A DNA stretch of 64,000 bases from Candidatus Dormibacteria bacterium. GTDB taxonomy: Bacteria; Chloroflexota; Dormibacteria; Aeolococcales; Aeolococcaceae. Of the stretch, positions 33,001 through 41,317 are shown one piece after another. Location: NCBI GenBank assembly GCA_050734155.1, contig JBOHUD010000100.1, forward strand, positions 16,835 through 80,834, written 5' to 3'. Both the position numbers and the translations under genes were made by a program. Position 1 is the stretch's first letter, and every line of letters starts with the position of its first letter. Under the pieces are notes generated by a model. It was not told where the DNA came from, did no database searches, and was given only the letters and a program-made list of their open reading frames with translations.

Positions 33001-34489
33001 CGCCACCGGCGACGCCATGGCGGCGCTGCTGCGCCGCCATGCGCGCACCCACGTCCCCTTCGTCGCCGGGGACGTGGCGGCGCGCTGGGCCATCCCGGTG
33101 GCGCGCGTGGTCGAGGTGCTCACCTCGCTGGTGCGCGACGGGGACATCATCGCCGGCCACTTCCGTCCCGGCGGCGGCGACCGGGAGTACTGCCATCCCG
33201 AGGTGCTGCAACGGCTGCGCCGCCGCTCCCTGGCCGCGCTGCGTCGCGAGGTCGAGGCCGTCCCGGCGACCACCATGGCGCGCTTCCTGCCGATGTGGCA
33301 CGGCGTCGGCCTGCCGGGGGGCGGCCACGGGCGCCTCGCCGGGGTGATCACCCAGCTGCAGGGGATGCCGGTCGCCCTCTCGGCCCTGGAGCGCGACCTC
33401 CTCCCGGCGAGGATGGCGTACGACCCGCGCCAGCTCGACGAGCTGATCGCCGCGGGTGAGGTGGTGTGGCAGGGCCGGGGCGCCATCGGCCGCGACGACG
33501 GCCGCATCGCGCTCTTCCTGCGCAGCGACGCCCCAAGGTTGCTGGCGGCGCCCGGCGACGCACCCCACTCCGACCTGCACCAGGCCATCCGCGAGCACCT
33601 GCGCACCCGGGGGGCGGCGTTCGTGCGCGACCTCCTCGACACCTGCGCCGGCGTCCCCCTCGACGAGGTCGTCGACTCCCTCTACGACCTGGTGTGGGCC
33701 GGTGAGGTGACCAACGACAGCCTGCAACCGCTTCGGTTTCTCGGCCCGGTGCGCCGCCATCCGCGCCGTCCGCTGATGCGCCTGGTGCCGCCGCGCGCCC
33801 AGGGGCGGTGGTCGCTGCTGGGCGGCGGGAGCGGTGCCGGCGCCACCGAGCGGGGGATCGCCCTCGCCCAGGTGCTGCTGCAGCGCCATGGGGTGCTCAC
33901 CCGCGAGGCGGTGGCGGCCGAGTCACTCCCGGGCGGGTTCGCCGCGCTCTACCCGGTGCTGCGGGCCATGGAGGAGTCCGGCAGGATCCGCCGCGGCTAC
34001 TTCGTCGAGGGGTGCGGCGCGGCCCAGTTCGCGCTGCCCGGTGCCGTCGACGCCCTGCGCTCGCAGCGCGTCGCGGTCGCGACCACGGTCCTGCTCGCCG
34101 CCGTCGACCCCGCCAACCCCTTCGGAGCGGTGCTGCCCTGGCCGGCGCTCGCCGGGCGCGTGGCGCGGGTCGCTGGCGCGTACACCGTGCTGCGCGGTGG
34201 CGAGCTGCGCTTCTTCGTAGAGCGCGGGGGGCGCTCCCTGGTGAGCAACGGAGACCCCGACGACGATGACGTCGCCGCGCTGGCCCGCGTGGCCCTGCGC
34301 AGCGGCCGCCTCGATCTGCACACGATCGACTCGGAGCCCGCGGCCGGGCATCCCCTGGCGGAGCGGCTGCGCGCGGCTGGGTTCATCCGCAGCCCGCGCG
34401 GCCTGGTGCTGTACCCGCCCCGCGCCGGGCAGGGGCCGGCGCACGTGGTCGCCCCGGCGACGGCGGCGCTCAGGGGATCGACCAGGTGA
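30098..34489 (+). CDS. lhr: ATP-dependent DNA/RNA helicase Lhr (large helicase-related, full-length with C-terminal extension)
   Basis: LSLFSPAARRWFGDALGEPTEVQTRGWPEIAARRHALLCAPTGSGKTLAAF (motifs Q and I), IVDEIHAL (DExH), SAT, VATSSLELGIDMG, QRIGRAGH, then about 900 further residues typical of long Lhr. Start is the GTG at 30098; the track ORF opens at 29756. Confidence 0.92.
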   Translation: MESLSLFSPAARRWFGDALGEPTEVQTRGWPEIAARRHALLCAPTGSGKTLAAFLWFVDSLGHSEPPEERGRCRVLYISPLKALTVDVERNLRAPLRGIALEAERRGERFREARTAVRSGDTASAERRDMVRHPPDILITTPESLFLLLTSAAREILRGVTTVIVDEIHALAGTKRGAHLALSLERLCALTGSDPQRIGLSATQRPLSEVARFLGGGGREVAIVDAGVRKPMELTIEVPVDDMADLDAGAGRGGDGSTPHLPRHSIWPAIAPRLLELIRAHRSTIVFVNSRRLAERLCGQINDLAGLELVRAHHGSIAREQRTAAEEMLKEGRLPAIVATSSLELGIDMGAVDLVVQVGSPGTVASGLQRIGRAGHSVGVASRGTIFPTHRGDLVEAAAIAERMADGAIEETRVPRNPLDVLAQQIVAMAALDTWDVAELRRTVQRAHPFADLGERAFEATLDMLDGRYPSEQFAELRARIVWDRVAGNVRGRAGAQRLAVTSGGTIPDRGLYSVNIFDDGRRVGELDEEMVYELRPGEVFILGATSWRCVEITPQQVLVLPAPGEPGRIAFWHGDSVGRPYEVGVAVGAMVRELVGSAPAAAMARLRTRAGLDERAVRNLLDHLADQAQATGAVPDDRTIVVERFRDQLGDWRLCVLTPFGARVHAPWSLVAAQRLRDEVGSDVQAIHSDDGFALRIADVDSPPDSAGLFLDPDAVVDAVTEQLLGSSLFASRFRENAARALLLPRRRPGQRTPLWQQRQRSAGLLQVVSRHPSFPILVETYRECLRDVFDLDAVAAVMRAVRARQIRVVEVETAQPSPVASSLLFEYIAQYMYDGDTPLAERRAHALSLDRELLAELLGSDDLRELLDADAIDATELELQRLDPAFPPRDPDSALDILRGVGDLTAVEASARGIAPEWLEELAMARRVLRVRLAGEERFIAADDAGRYRDAFGVALPAGLAAAHVAATGDAMAALLRRHARTHVPFVAGDVAARWAIPVARVVEVLTSLVRDGDIIAGHFRPGGGDREYCHPEVLQRLRRRSLAALRREVEAVPATTMARFLPMWHGVGLPGGGHGRLAGVITQLQGMPVALSALERDLLPARMAYDPRQLDELIAAGEVVWQGRGAIGRDDGRIALFLRSDAPRLLAAPGDAPHSDLHQAIREHLRTRGAAFVRDLLDTCAGVPLDEVVDSLYDLVWAGEVTNDSLQPLRFLGPVRRHPRRPLMRLVPPRAQGRWSLLGGGSGAGATERGIALAQVLLQRHGVLTREAVAAESLPGGFAALYPVLRAMEESGRIRRGYFVEGCGAAQFALPGAVDALRSQRVAVATTVLLAAVDPANPFGAVLPWPALAGRVARVAGAYTVLRGGELRFFVERGGRSLVSNGDPDDDDVAALARVALRSGRLDLHTIDSEPAAGHPLAERLRAAGFIRSPRGLVLYPPRAGQGPAHVVAPATAALRGSTR

Positions 34490-35153
34490 AGGCTCCATGC
34501 GTCGAGTTGATGGTCACTGTCAGGCTGCCGGAGCGACCGTGGGCGTCGCTGAAGGTGCAGCCGAACTTCTGACCGGGGGTCGACTCGATCGTGGCCGCCT
34601 GCGGGCAGGTGACGGTGACGGTGGCGTTGTTCTGCGCCTGGTACTGCTCCTCGATGATCGACACCAGGTGGGCGATGCTCACCTCCCCGGGACCCGGGGT
34701 GGTGCCCCCCTGCGCGACCACGTCGCTGACCATCCAGCTGGGCGCCTGGTAGAGCACGGTGATCGTATCGGTGGCCGTCTGAGTGGGGTTGGTGACGGTC
34801 ACCGTCACGAAGGCGGACGAGGCGGTGAGGGCGGTGGTCGCCCCCACCGAGTACGTGCCGGACATGGGCACCGCGGCGCAGAGGCCGCCGCTGCTGCCTG
34901 AACGAGTGCGCAGGGGGTCGACTGTCAGCGCGTAGGCCGCAGGGCAGTTGCCGGCGTGGAGGTCGTTGAGGAACGCCTGGACCGCCTGGGCGGCGTCGCC
35001 ACCGGCGGTCGGCGTGCTCCCCGCGGCGGTGGCGCCGGCGGTGCGAACCACACCCGGGATGTCGGTGGGCACGGTGGTGTCCGGGCCGCAGGCGGCGAGC
35101 ACGCCGCCGCTGAGCAGCACCAGCCACGCCGCCAGGCCCCGCGCCAATGTCAT
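34470..35153 (-). CDS. lipoprotein with DUF4333-like C-terminal domain
   Basis: MTLARGLAAWLVLLSGGVLAACGPD (lipobox LAAC). C-terminal ...NATVTVTCPQAATIESTPGQKFGCTFSDAHGRSGSLTVTI has the CP...G..F.C pattern of actinobacterial DUF4333 domains. ATGA overlap with hemolysin III. Confidence 0.65.
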   Translation of the reverse strand: MTLARGLAAWLVLLSGGVLAACGPDTTVPTDIPGVVRTAGATAAGSTPTAGGDAAQAVQAFLNDLHAGNCPAAYALTVDPLRTRSGSSGGLCAAVPMSGTYSVGATTALTASSAFVTVTVTNPTQTATDTITVLYQAPSWMVSDVVAQGGTTPGPGEVSIAHLVSIIEEQYQAQNNATVTVTCPQAATIESTPGQKFGCTFSDAHGRSGSLTVTINSTHGAFTWSIP

Positions 35154-35863
35154 CCCCCCGGCAACACCCAGTGCGTGATCGCGATCCACTGCAGCGCCGC
35201 GGCGGCGAGCACCATGGAGTGGAAGATCTCGTGGAAGCCGAAGGTCCGCGGCCAGGGGTTGGGACGCCGCCACGCATAGATGATCGCCCCAGAGATGTAC
35301 ACCGCCCCGCCCAGGGCCAGCAGGCCGGCGCCGACCGGTCCGAGGTTGGCCAGCAGACGGGGGATGAGCACGACGCCGAAGGCGCCCACCGCGACGTAGG
35401 GACCGACCTCGACCGCCACAGGTGCGTCGTTCCAGACCGTGTTGAGGATGCCGCCCAGCAGAGCCCCACCCCAGACCACGGCGAGGGTGGCCACGCTCAA
35501 CCAGCCCGACAGCGCGATCACCGCGATGGGGGTGAAGGTGCCGGCGATGAGCAGGAAGATGGTGGCGTGGTCGAGCCGTCGCAGCCATCTGCGCACCGTC
35601 GTCGACCAGCTGCCCCGGTGGTACAGCGCGCTCACCCCCAGGCATGCGCTCAGGGTGGCCGCGTAGATTGCGGTCGCGGTGCGCGCGTTGCCCACGGGAG
35701 CGTGGACGATCGCCCAGGCGCCGGCGAGCAGCGACACCGGGAAGCCGATCTCGTGGAGCACGCCGCGCATGCGCGGTTTGACGAAGGCGACCGCGGCGCG
35801 GGCGGCGTCGGAGACCTCGTCGACTGCGATCGCCAGCGGCGGCGTGGGTTTCACGCTCACCAC
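35150..35863 (-). CDS. hemolysin III / PAQR-family membrane protein
   Basis: KPRMRGVLHEIGF...SALYH...LDHATIFLLIAGTFTP...FGFHEIFHSMVLAAAALQW shows seven TM segments with the conserved His/Asp PAQR motifs. Confidence 0.87.
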   Translation of the reverse strand: MVSVKPTPPLAIAVDEVSDAARAAVAFVKPRMRGVLHEIGFPVSLLAGAWAIVHAPVGNARTATAIYAATLSACLGVSALYHRGSWSTTVRRWLRRLDHATIFLLIAGTFTPIAVIALSGWLSVATLAVVWGGALLGGILNTVWNDAPVAVEVGPYVAVGAFGVVLIPRLLANLGPVGAGLLALGGAVYISGAIIYAWRRPNPWPRTFGFHEIFHSMVLAAAALQWIAITHWVLPGG

Positions 35864-36417
35864 GATACCGTGCCCGTCCCTCGAGTTCCGTCCCCTGCCG
35901 GAAACATGCCGTCGACACCAACCCGATGAGCGCGGGATGCCGCGCGGTCACGTGGTGAGCGTTCCCACGCCAGACGACCCGGCGGAACCGATCCCAGGCC
36001 GGGGCGACACTCGGCGAGCGGCCACCAACGGCGGCTCGGCGGGGCTCCTGTGGAGATCCCTCGGGACAGCCTGATCGGATGTATTCTGTCCGGATACGGC
36101 GCGAGTTCGCTTGGGTGATGACCGACGATGGGCAGGCTAGGGTGCAAGTCGGGGAGGTCGGATTCGTCTTCCCGCCGACTCTGCGGACTGCCCGGGCTGC
36201 GGACACCACCTGGGAAGCGGCCATGTTGTCCGGCGATGGCACTGTGGAATTGGTGATGGCGCCAATGCCCGACGGAGCCCGACGGCCCCCTCGCGCAGTC
36301 GTCCTCGCCGTGGCCAAGCTCGGTGGGATCAGCGCCCGCTTGGTTGCAGCACTCGTCGTCACACGCGGCCCTCGCTCCGGGACAGCCGGCATCCCCGGTA
36401 GCCAGCATCGGCGAAGC

Positions 36418-36735
36418 ATGTCCAATACCCTCGCTTCGGGCCGTGCTCGGTGGATGGCCGTGGTGGCTGCATCGCTCACCGTATCGGCTGGCCTTCTAAG
36501 TGTCACAGGGCCAATCACAGCCCATGCAGCCACTTGTGGGGGCGCTTCAAGCGGCTACTACTACACGGGTTTCATAACCTGCACGGGCGCGAGCACCGAC
36601 TACGGCTTTGTTGGCCTGGAGACCCTAGTCAGCGATGGGGCTGTGGACCTCGCCAATGGCGGCGTTCACATCCTTGAGTATGTCGACTCGCTGATGAACC
36701 ATGAACAACGGGGAATTCGTGAGTTACTTCAATAA
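36418..36735 (+). CDS. secreted hypothetical protein (possibly the 5' half of a frameshifted gene)
   Basis: MSNTLASGRARWMAVVAASLTVSAGLLSVTGPITAHAATCGG... is a clear Sec signal with an AHA cleavage site. The reading frame ends at 36735, while a second frame continues from 36701. GC content is visibly lower than in the flanks. Confidence 0.45.
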   Translation: MSNTLASGRARWMAVVAASLTVSAGLLSVTGPITAHAATCGGASSGYYYTGFITCTGASTDYGFVGLETLVSDGAVDLANGGVHILEYVDSLMNHEQRGIRELLQ

Positions 36736-37000
36736 CAACAGAGGCAGTGGCAATGTTCTTCTCGGAATGTCATACCTCCCCGGCTTCGCCCGCGAGGATC
36801 TGACTGGCGAAGAATCGACCAACAATCAACTTCCATCGGTTGGACCGGTAACCTTTGCAAGCGCCCAGCTCGATGTCTCTCGGCCGGGAACGTGGACCCC
36901 TTGGACGACATCGGAGCCCGGCGAGGAAAACGTCAGCAGCACTCACTATGGGTTTTGGACCATCTCCGATTTCCTAGCCTTCAAGTACTCGGGACCGTGA
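36701..37000 (+). CDS. hypothetical protein (possibly the 3' half of the same gene)
   Basis: 99-aa ORF MNNGEFVSYFNNNRGSGNVLLGMSYLPGF... overlapping the previous ORF by 35 nt in the +1 frame. No signal peptide or RBS of its own was recognised. Confidence 0.4.
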   Translation: MNNGEFVSYFNNNRGSGNVLLGMSYLPGFAREDLTGEESTNNQLPSVGPVTFASAQLDVSRPGTWTPWTTSEPGEENVSSTHYGFWTISDFLAFKYSGP

Positions 37001-37005
37001 CGCCA

Positions 37006-38142
37006 GTGAGCGCCAGAGCGCTGCCCTCGCTTCGCGTCATGGCTGTGGGCATGGTTCTCACCGGGTGCGGCGGTTTGCAATTGGGTGCGAGCGGCGCGAC
37101 GCAGCGGCCCTCAGTCGCGTCACCGCAATTCGTATACACGCTACCGAGTGACGATACCGTGCCTTCCTCTGTGGCTGGAGACCTCACGGGACATGGCGTT
37201 TGGTTCCTGTCGGGTACGGACATGACGACCTCGATCTTCTACGTGAGTCCCAATCGGAACGAGGATCGAAGCTATCCGCTCAATTCCCACTTCGTCCTGG
37301 GCGCTGCCAGTGGAATCGCGGCTGCCCGAGATGGGACCGTATGGGCGGGCGTTGACATGAGCCTGATCCACCTTGTACCAGGGACCGGAAGGGCGACGAC
37401 GTACCGCGTCCCAAGTCCGACCGATAGCCTGGCTGCGGAGTCATACCGACCGCCATCCGTGCGTGGAACGCACGACATTGTGTCTGTGGCGGTGAGTGGC
37501 TCGGGCGAGGTGGCGCTGGCGATATCAGCAGCGGCAGAGGTGGTCGTGCTCAAAGATGGCGGATTCACAGCTCGGCCCCTGCCGGCCAATACAGACCCGG
37601 TGGACGTCGCATATCTGACTGACGGCACCCTGGGAGTCAACCTCCGCGACTACGACACCCACCATGTGGATGAGATCGCGACCTTCACATCCAACGGCGT
37701 GAGGACCGATAGCGCCGTGGTCTCAGCTCCTCATATGGTGGCCATCGCTAACAAGTTCGTGACAGTGAGCAACCAACTCACGACTCTGGATGGCCAGGCC
37801 CAGGTCAGCGCGTCAATCCCTCTGGGAGTGACCAGCAATTCGTTCCAACCGGTGACCGTGCGGCCGATTGCCGTCCTCTCCTCGGGGAATGTGGCACTAG
37901 CCAGCAGCGACGGCGTTCTGTTCGCAAATGTCTCCAGTGGGCAGACCATGGATCTCCGGCTTGCTTCGGTGTCGTGTTATCCATCGATGATTGCGTTACC
38001 TCCCGGGGTCACCCTGCTGCCGTCCCCAGCAACCTGTTTCGAAAGCCCCTTGCTGGTTGCCGCTGATGCTGCCGGCAATGTCTGGATCGTTGTGCCGGAC
38101 CATACGAACGAGATCGGGTTGCTCCGGGGAATCACCTTCTAG
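37006..38142 (+). CDS. lipoprotein with repeated beta-propeller-like blades (Vgb/SMP-30-like guess)
   Basis: VSARALPSLRVMAVGMVLTGCGG (lipobox LTGC; alternative ATG at 37039). Recurrent blade-like segments: GHGVWFLSG, DGTVWAGVD, GEVALAIS, DGTLGVNL, GNVALASSDGVLF, GNVWIVVPD. The function is unknown. Confidence 0.6.
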   Translation: MSARALPSLRVMAVGMVLTGCGGLQLGASGATQRPSVASPQFVYTLPSDDTVPSSVAGDLTGHGVWFLSGTDMTTSIFYVSPNRNEDRSYPLNSHFVLGAASGIAAARDGTVWAGVDMSLIHLVPGTGRATTYRVPSPTDSLAAESYRPPSVRGTHDIVSVAVSGSGEVALAISAAAEVVVLKDGGFTARPLPANTDPVDVAYLTDGTLGVNLRDYDTHHVDEIATFTSNGVRTDSAVVSAPHMVAIANKFVTVSNQLTTLDGQAQVSASIPLGVTSNSFQPVTVRPIAVLSSGNVALASSDGVLFANVSSGQTMDLRLASVSCYPSMIALPPGVTLLPSPATCFESPLLVAADAAGNVWIVVPDHTNEIGLLRGITF

Positions 38143-38226
38143 TGCGCCGGAATCGCAGTTCCCTGAGCTGATGTCCGGCGGACGTGTCCACCCTGTCTGC
38201 GGTGACCTCGCCTACGATCGGCTGTC

Positions 38227-39285
38227 GTGAGTGCCGTCGAGGTGACCGGGGCGGCGCAGCGCCAGGCGTGGCGGGACGGCGTGCTTCCTGGAGTGGAGCA
38301 GGTCCGGCCGCAGCTGTGGTCGGTGCCGGTGCCCATCCCCGACAACCCGCTGCGCTACGTCATCGTGCACCTGCTCGAGCTGGACGACGGCGTGGCCGTG
38401 GTCGACACCGGGTGGAACACCGAGACCGCCTGGACGGCGCTGATCGACGGCCTCGCCGTCGCCGGCTACTCCGTCGCCGACGTGCGCGCGGCGCTGATCA
38501 CCCACATCCATCCCGACCACTACGGCCTGGCCGGTCGCCTCCGCGAGGCGAGCGGCGCCTGGGTCGCCCTCCATCCCGCGGACGCGGCGCTGCTTCCCGG
38601 CCGCTACGGTGCGGGGATCAGCGCGGTGGTGGCACAGATGCGCGGGCTGCTCGGCGACTGCGGTGTCCCCGCCGGCGTGATCGCGGAGCTGAGTGAGGCG
38701 TCGATGGGGCTGCGCGAGTTCGTCAGCCAGGCGGAGCCGGACGTCCTCCTGGAGCACGGGCGCGCGGTGGAGTTGCGCGGCTGGGACCTGGTGCCGCTGC
38801 ACACCCCCGGGCACTCGCCCGGCCATGTCTGCTTCCTCGACCGCGACCGGCGCCTGCTGCTCAGCGGCGACCACGTCCTGCCCCGGATCAGCCCCAACAT
38901 CTCCGTGCATGCACAGCAACCGGGCAACCCGCTCGCCGATTTTCTGGACTCGCTGCGCGCCGTTCGCGACCTCGACGTCGACGAGGTCCTGCCTGCCCAC
39001 GAGTGGCGCTTCGCCCCCCTGGCCGCCCGCGTCGACGAGCTGCTCGACCACCACGCGCATCGCCTCGGGGTGATCGCACATGACATCGACGAGCATCCCG
39101 GCGCCACCTGCTGGGAGGTGACCCGCCGGCTCCCCTGGTCGCGCTCCTGGGAGCAGATCCGCGGCCACATGCGCCGCGCCGCGGTCGGTGAGACGCTGGC
39201 GCACCTGGTGCTGCTGGAGAGCCGCGGACGGGTGCGCCGCGCGCCGGGCCGGCCCTGGCGCTGGACGGCCGCAGGGCTGGCTTGA
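38227..39285 (+). CDS. MBL-fold metallo-hydrolase with C-terminal winged-helix-like extension
   Basis: VAVVDTGW...ALITHIHPDHYGLAG (HxHxDH)...LHTPGHSPGH...SGDH. Confidence 0.8.
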   Translation: MSAVEVTGAAQRQAWRDGVLPGVEQVRPQLWSVPVPIPDNPLRYVIVHLLELDDGVAVVDTGWNTETAWTALIDGLAVAGYSVADVRAALITHIHPDHYGLAGRLREASGAWVALHPADAALLPGRYGAGISAVVAQMRGLLGDCGVPAGVIAELSEASMGLREFVSQAEPDVLLEHGRAVELRGWDLVPLHTPGHSPGHVCFLDRDRRLLLSGDHVLPRISPNISVHAQQPGNPLADFLDSLRAVRDLDVDEVLPAHEWRFAPLAARVDELLDHHAHRLGVIAHDIDEHPGATCWEVTRRLPWSRSWEQIRGHMRRAAVGETLAHLVLLESRGRVRRAPGRPWRWTAAGLA

Positions 39286-40019
39286 CGGGTGCGCCCGGCC
39301 GCCTCACCATGACCGGAGATTGGGGCATCGAGGAGGAGTCCGTGTTCCGACGACGCCCGCGGCCTGCCCCCGGAGACCCCTCGCTGACCCCGTCCGGCAG
39401 ACAGAGATGTGCGGCCCGGGGATGCCGGCGTCGTGATGGCACGCAGTGCAGCTACATCGACAAGCGCTCGCGGCACTGCCCGACGGCGTGGTGCCCGGAC
39501 CACCTCGTGGCGGTCGCCGGCATCGGCCTCTGCCGGCGCCACGCGTCGACCATGCGGGCGATCGAGGGGTCCGAGATGATCACCGGGATGCCCGACTTCG
39601 ACGACCGCGCCCCCTCCCTGGTGGGATGGATCGGCGGCCAGCTCGACGCCCCCATCCGCGAGCTCCTCGCCCGCCTGGCGCCGAACCGGGGCGCGGCGCT
39701 GGCCGTCGATCCGGTGACCCTGGTGCTCACCGCAGAGGGCGGCCCGCGCCACTGGTCCAAGACCTGGAAGCTGCGCGACCCGAGCGGCGCGCTGCAGCGC
39801 GTCTCCATCGAGGTCGAGGAGGGGGGCGACGGCCACGTCGGGGCGCGCGTCGGCGGCGAGCTCATCGGCCAGGGGATGCCCCCGTGGATCGAGCGCCGCC
39901 GGACGGGACAGCGCGCCGATGCCGCCACCGACCTGGCGGAGCGGCGCGAGTTCTCCATGGCGATGGCGCGCTCCATCGAGCTGGTGATGACCGGCCGGGA
40001 GGTCGTGGCCGGCGATTGA
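39282..40019 (+). CDS. hypothetical Cys/His-rich (zinc-ribbon-like) protein
   Basis: TTG at 39282 overlaps the MBL stop (TTGA); alternative ATG at 39309. N-terminal RQRCAARGCRRRDGTQCSYIDKRSRHCPTAWCPDHLVAVAGIGLCRRHAS has 7 Cys and 3 His. No family was recognised for the rest. Confidence 0.5.
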   Translation: MTGAPGRLTMTGDWGIEEESVFRRRPRPAPGDPSLTPSGRQRCAARGCRRRDGTQCSYIDKRSRHCPTAWCPDHLVAVAGIGLCRRHASTMRAIEGSEMITGMPDFDDRAPSLVGWIGGQLDAPIRELLARLAPNRGAALAVDPVTLVLTAEGGPRHWSKTWKLRDPSGALQRVSIEVEEGGDGHVGARVGGELIGQGMPPWIERRRTGQRADAATDLAERREFSMAMARSIELVMTGREVVAGD

Positions 40020-40051
40020 GCGAGGTCGACATCGGCTGGAGCGAGGGGGCC

Positions 40052-40558
40052 ATGGAGCGCGAGGACCGCGTGGACGTGGTCTGGGCCGCCTGGCGCGCCG
40101 CCTACCCACACATCTTCTCCCGGTCGGAGATCGACGGCATCTTCGAAGGCAGCCTCGAGGGCGAGGGCAGCTGGGTGGGGGCGAGGCTGGCCCCCGCGGG
40201 AACCCTGGCGGCACGGCGCGCCGGGCGCCTGGTGGGGCTGGCCGGCCTGGGACTGCTCCGCAACGGCGATGGCGAGCTTGCCGCCCTCTACGTGGTCCCC
40301 CAGCTGCAGGGACAGGGCATCGGCTCAGCCCTCTGGGATCGCTCGCTGGCCGAGCTCCAGGGGCGCGCCTGCCGTCGCCTGGAGGTGTGGACGCTGGCTC
40401 GGTCGCACGCCCGGCGCTTCTACGAGGCCCGCGGCTGCATCGCCTTCGCCGAGGGGAGCTTCACGGTGGCGGGCCACCGCGAGGTCGCCGTCGGCTACAC
40501 CCGGGACATCTCCGAGAACGCGGCCGCCACCCTCTCGGAGTCGACGCCGACGCGATAG
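40052..40558 (+). CDS. GNAT-family N-acetyltransferase
   Basis: ...GELAALYVVPQLQGQGIGSALWDRSLAEL...RLEVWTLARSHARRFYEARGC shows the Q/R-x-x-G-x-G/A acetyl-CoA motif. The track ORF (from 39446) is trimmed to the ATG at 40052; TTG at 40016 is possible. Confidence 0.75.
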   Translation: MEREDRVDVVWAAWRAAYPHIFSRSEIDGIFEGSLEGEGSWVGARLAPAGTLAARRAGRLVGLAGLGLLRNGDGELAALYVVPQLQGQGIGSALWDRSLAELQGRACRRLEVWTLARSHARRFYEARGCIAFAEGSFTVAGHREVAVGYTRDISENAAATLSESTPTR

Positions 40559-41121
40559 CCGATGCGCTGGATCTCCTTGGGTGCGAGAGGGTCGCCGGGG
40601 GCGTACCCCTCGAACAGGACGGCGGGGATGGTCAGCTGGAGAACCCGGCGCTCTGCCTGGGCGCGCTCGAAGCAGCGGCGCACATGGTCGAGGCGGAGCA
40701 GGACGGTGGCGGTGATGGCGCTGACCAGAGCCACCAACGCGACCCGGAGCCCGGCTGCGATGTAGAGGCCGCTGGCCGCGATCATCATTGACTCGACGAG
40801 CAGGATCACCCGGCGGCTGCCGATCCGGAGCCGTCCCAGGCGCAGCACCAGCGCCCCCTCGAAGATGGCCGCGGCGACGACCCACACCGCCAGCGCGCTC
40901 CAGGTGGCCGCTCCCGGCAGGGTGAGCTGCCCGACGCCGGGGATCACCAGGTTGGTCGGGATGGACAGGGTGGGGGCGGCGAGCACCAGCACGACCACGA
41001 ACGCGATCCGGAAGAGCAGGCAGAGCTGGGCCACCCGGACCGCGGTGGGGGCGAGGAAGCGCCGGCGCGGCAGCCGGGGCACGCCGATGGGGCGCGAGGT
41101 CGGTGGGTGCGAACGCTTCAC
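40495..41121 (-). CDS. hypothetical 4-5 TM membrane protein
   Basis: Hydrophobic segments LCLLFRIAFVVVLVLAAP, WSALAVWVVAAAIFEGALVL, ILLVESMMIAASGLYIAAGL and ALVALVSAITATVLL. The start is uncertain (GTG at 41121 chosen). Its 3' end overlaps the GNAT gene convergently by 64 nt. Confidence 0.45.
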   Translation of the reverse strand: MKRSHPPTSRPIGVPRLPRRRFLAPTAVRVAQLCLLFRIAFVVVLVLAAPTLSIPTNLVIPGVGQLTLPGAATWSALAVWVVAAAIFEGALVLRLGRLRIGSRRVILLVESMMIAASGLYIAAGLRVALVALVSAITATVLLRLDHVRRCFERAQAERRVLQLTIPAVLFEGYAPGDPLAPKEIQRIGYRVGVDSERVAAAFSEMSRV

Positions 41122-41317
41122 GGCGCTTGCAGCGTAGGCCGGCTGGAGGGCTCCGACGTGGCGGGAATGTGACGGCCGTTGCACGACTCGTCGCTGAACG
41201 GTCCGGATGTGATCGTTTTGTAACACGCGGCTGGCCTCGCCGGACCGCAGCCGGGCAGCCGTCACACCCCCTGAGTGTCTCCCGTGACGGCTCCCGGGCT
41301 GCTAGGTTGGCTTCACC

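Noticed and set aside
30119-33889. Several 400-680-aa ORFs in other frames and strands within lhr (30119..32164, 30136..32133, 32408..33889, 30325..31488)
   Set aside because: All overlap the helicase frame, which shows motifs Q, I, II, III, V and VI in order. They are shadow ORFs of a GC-rich gene.
40495-40558. 64-nt convergent overlap between the GNAT gene and the membrane-protein ORF
   Set aside because: Most likely it reflects uncertainty about whether the minus-strand ORF is real, or about its true 3' end, rather than antisense regulation. There is no independent evidence.
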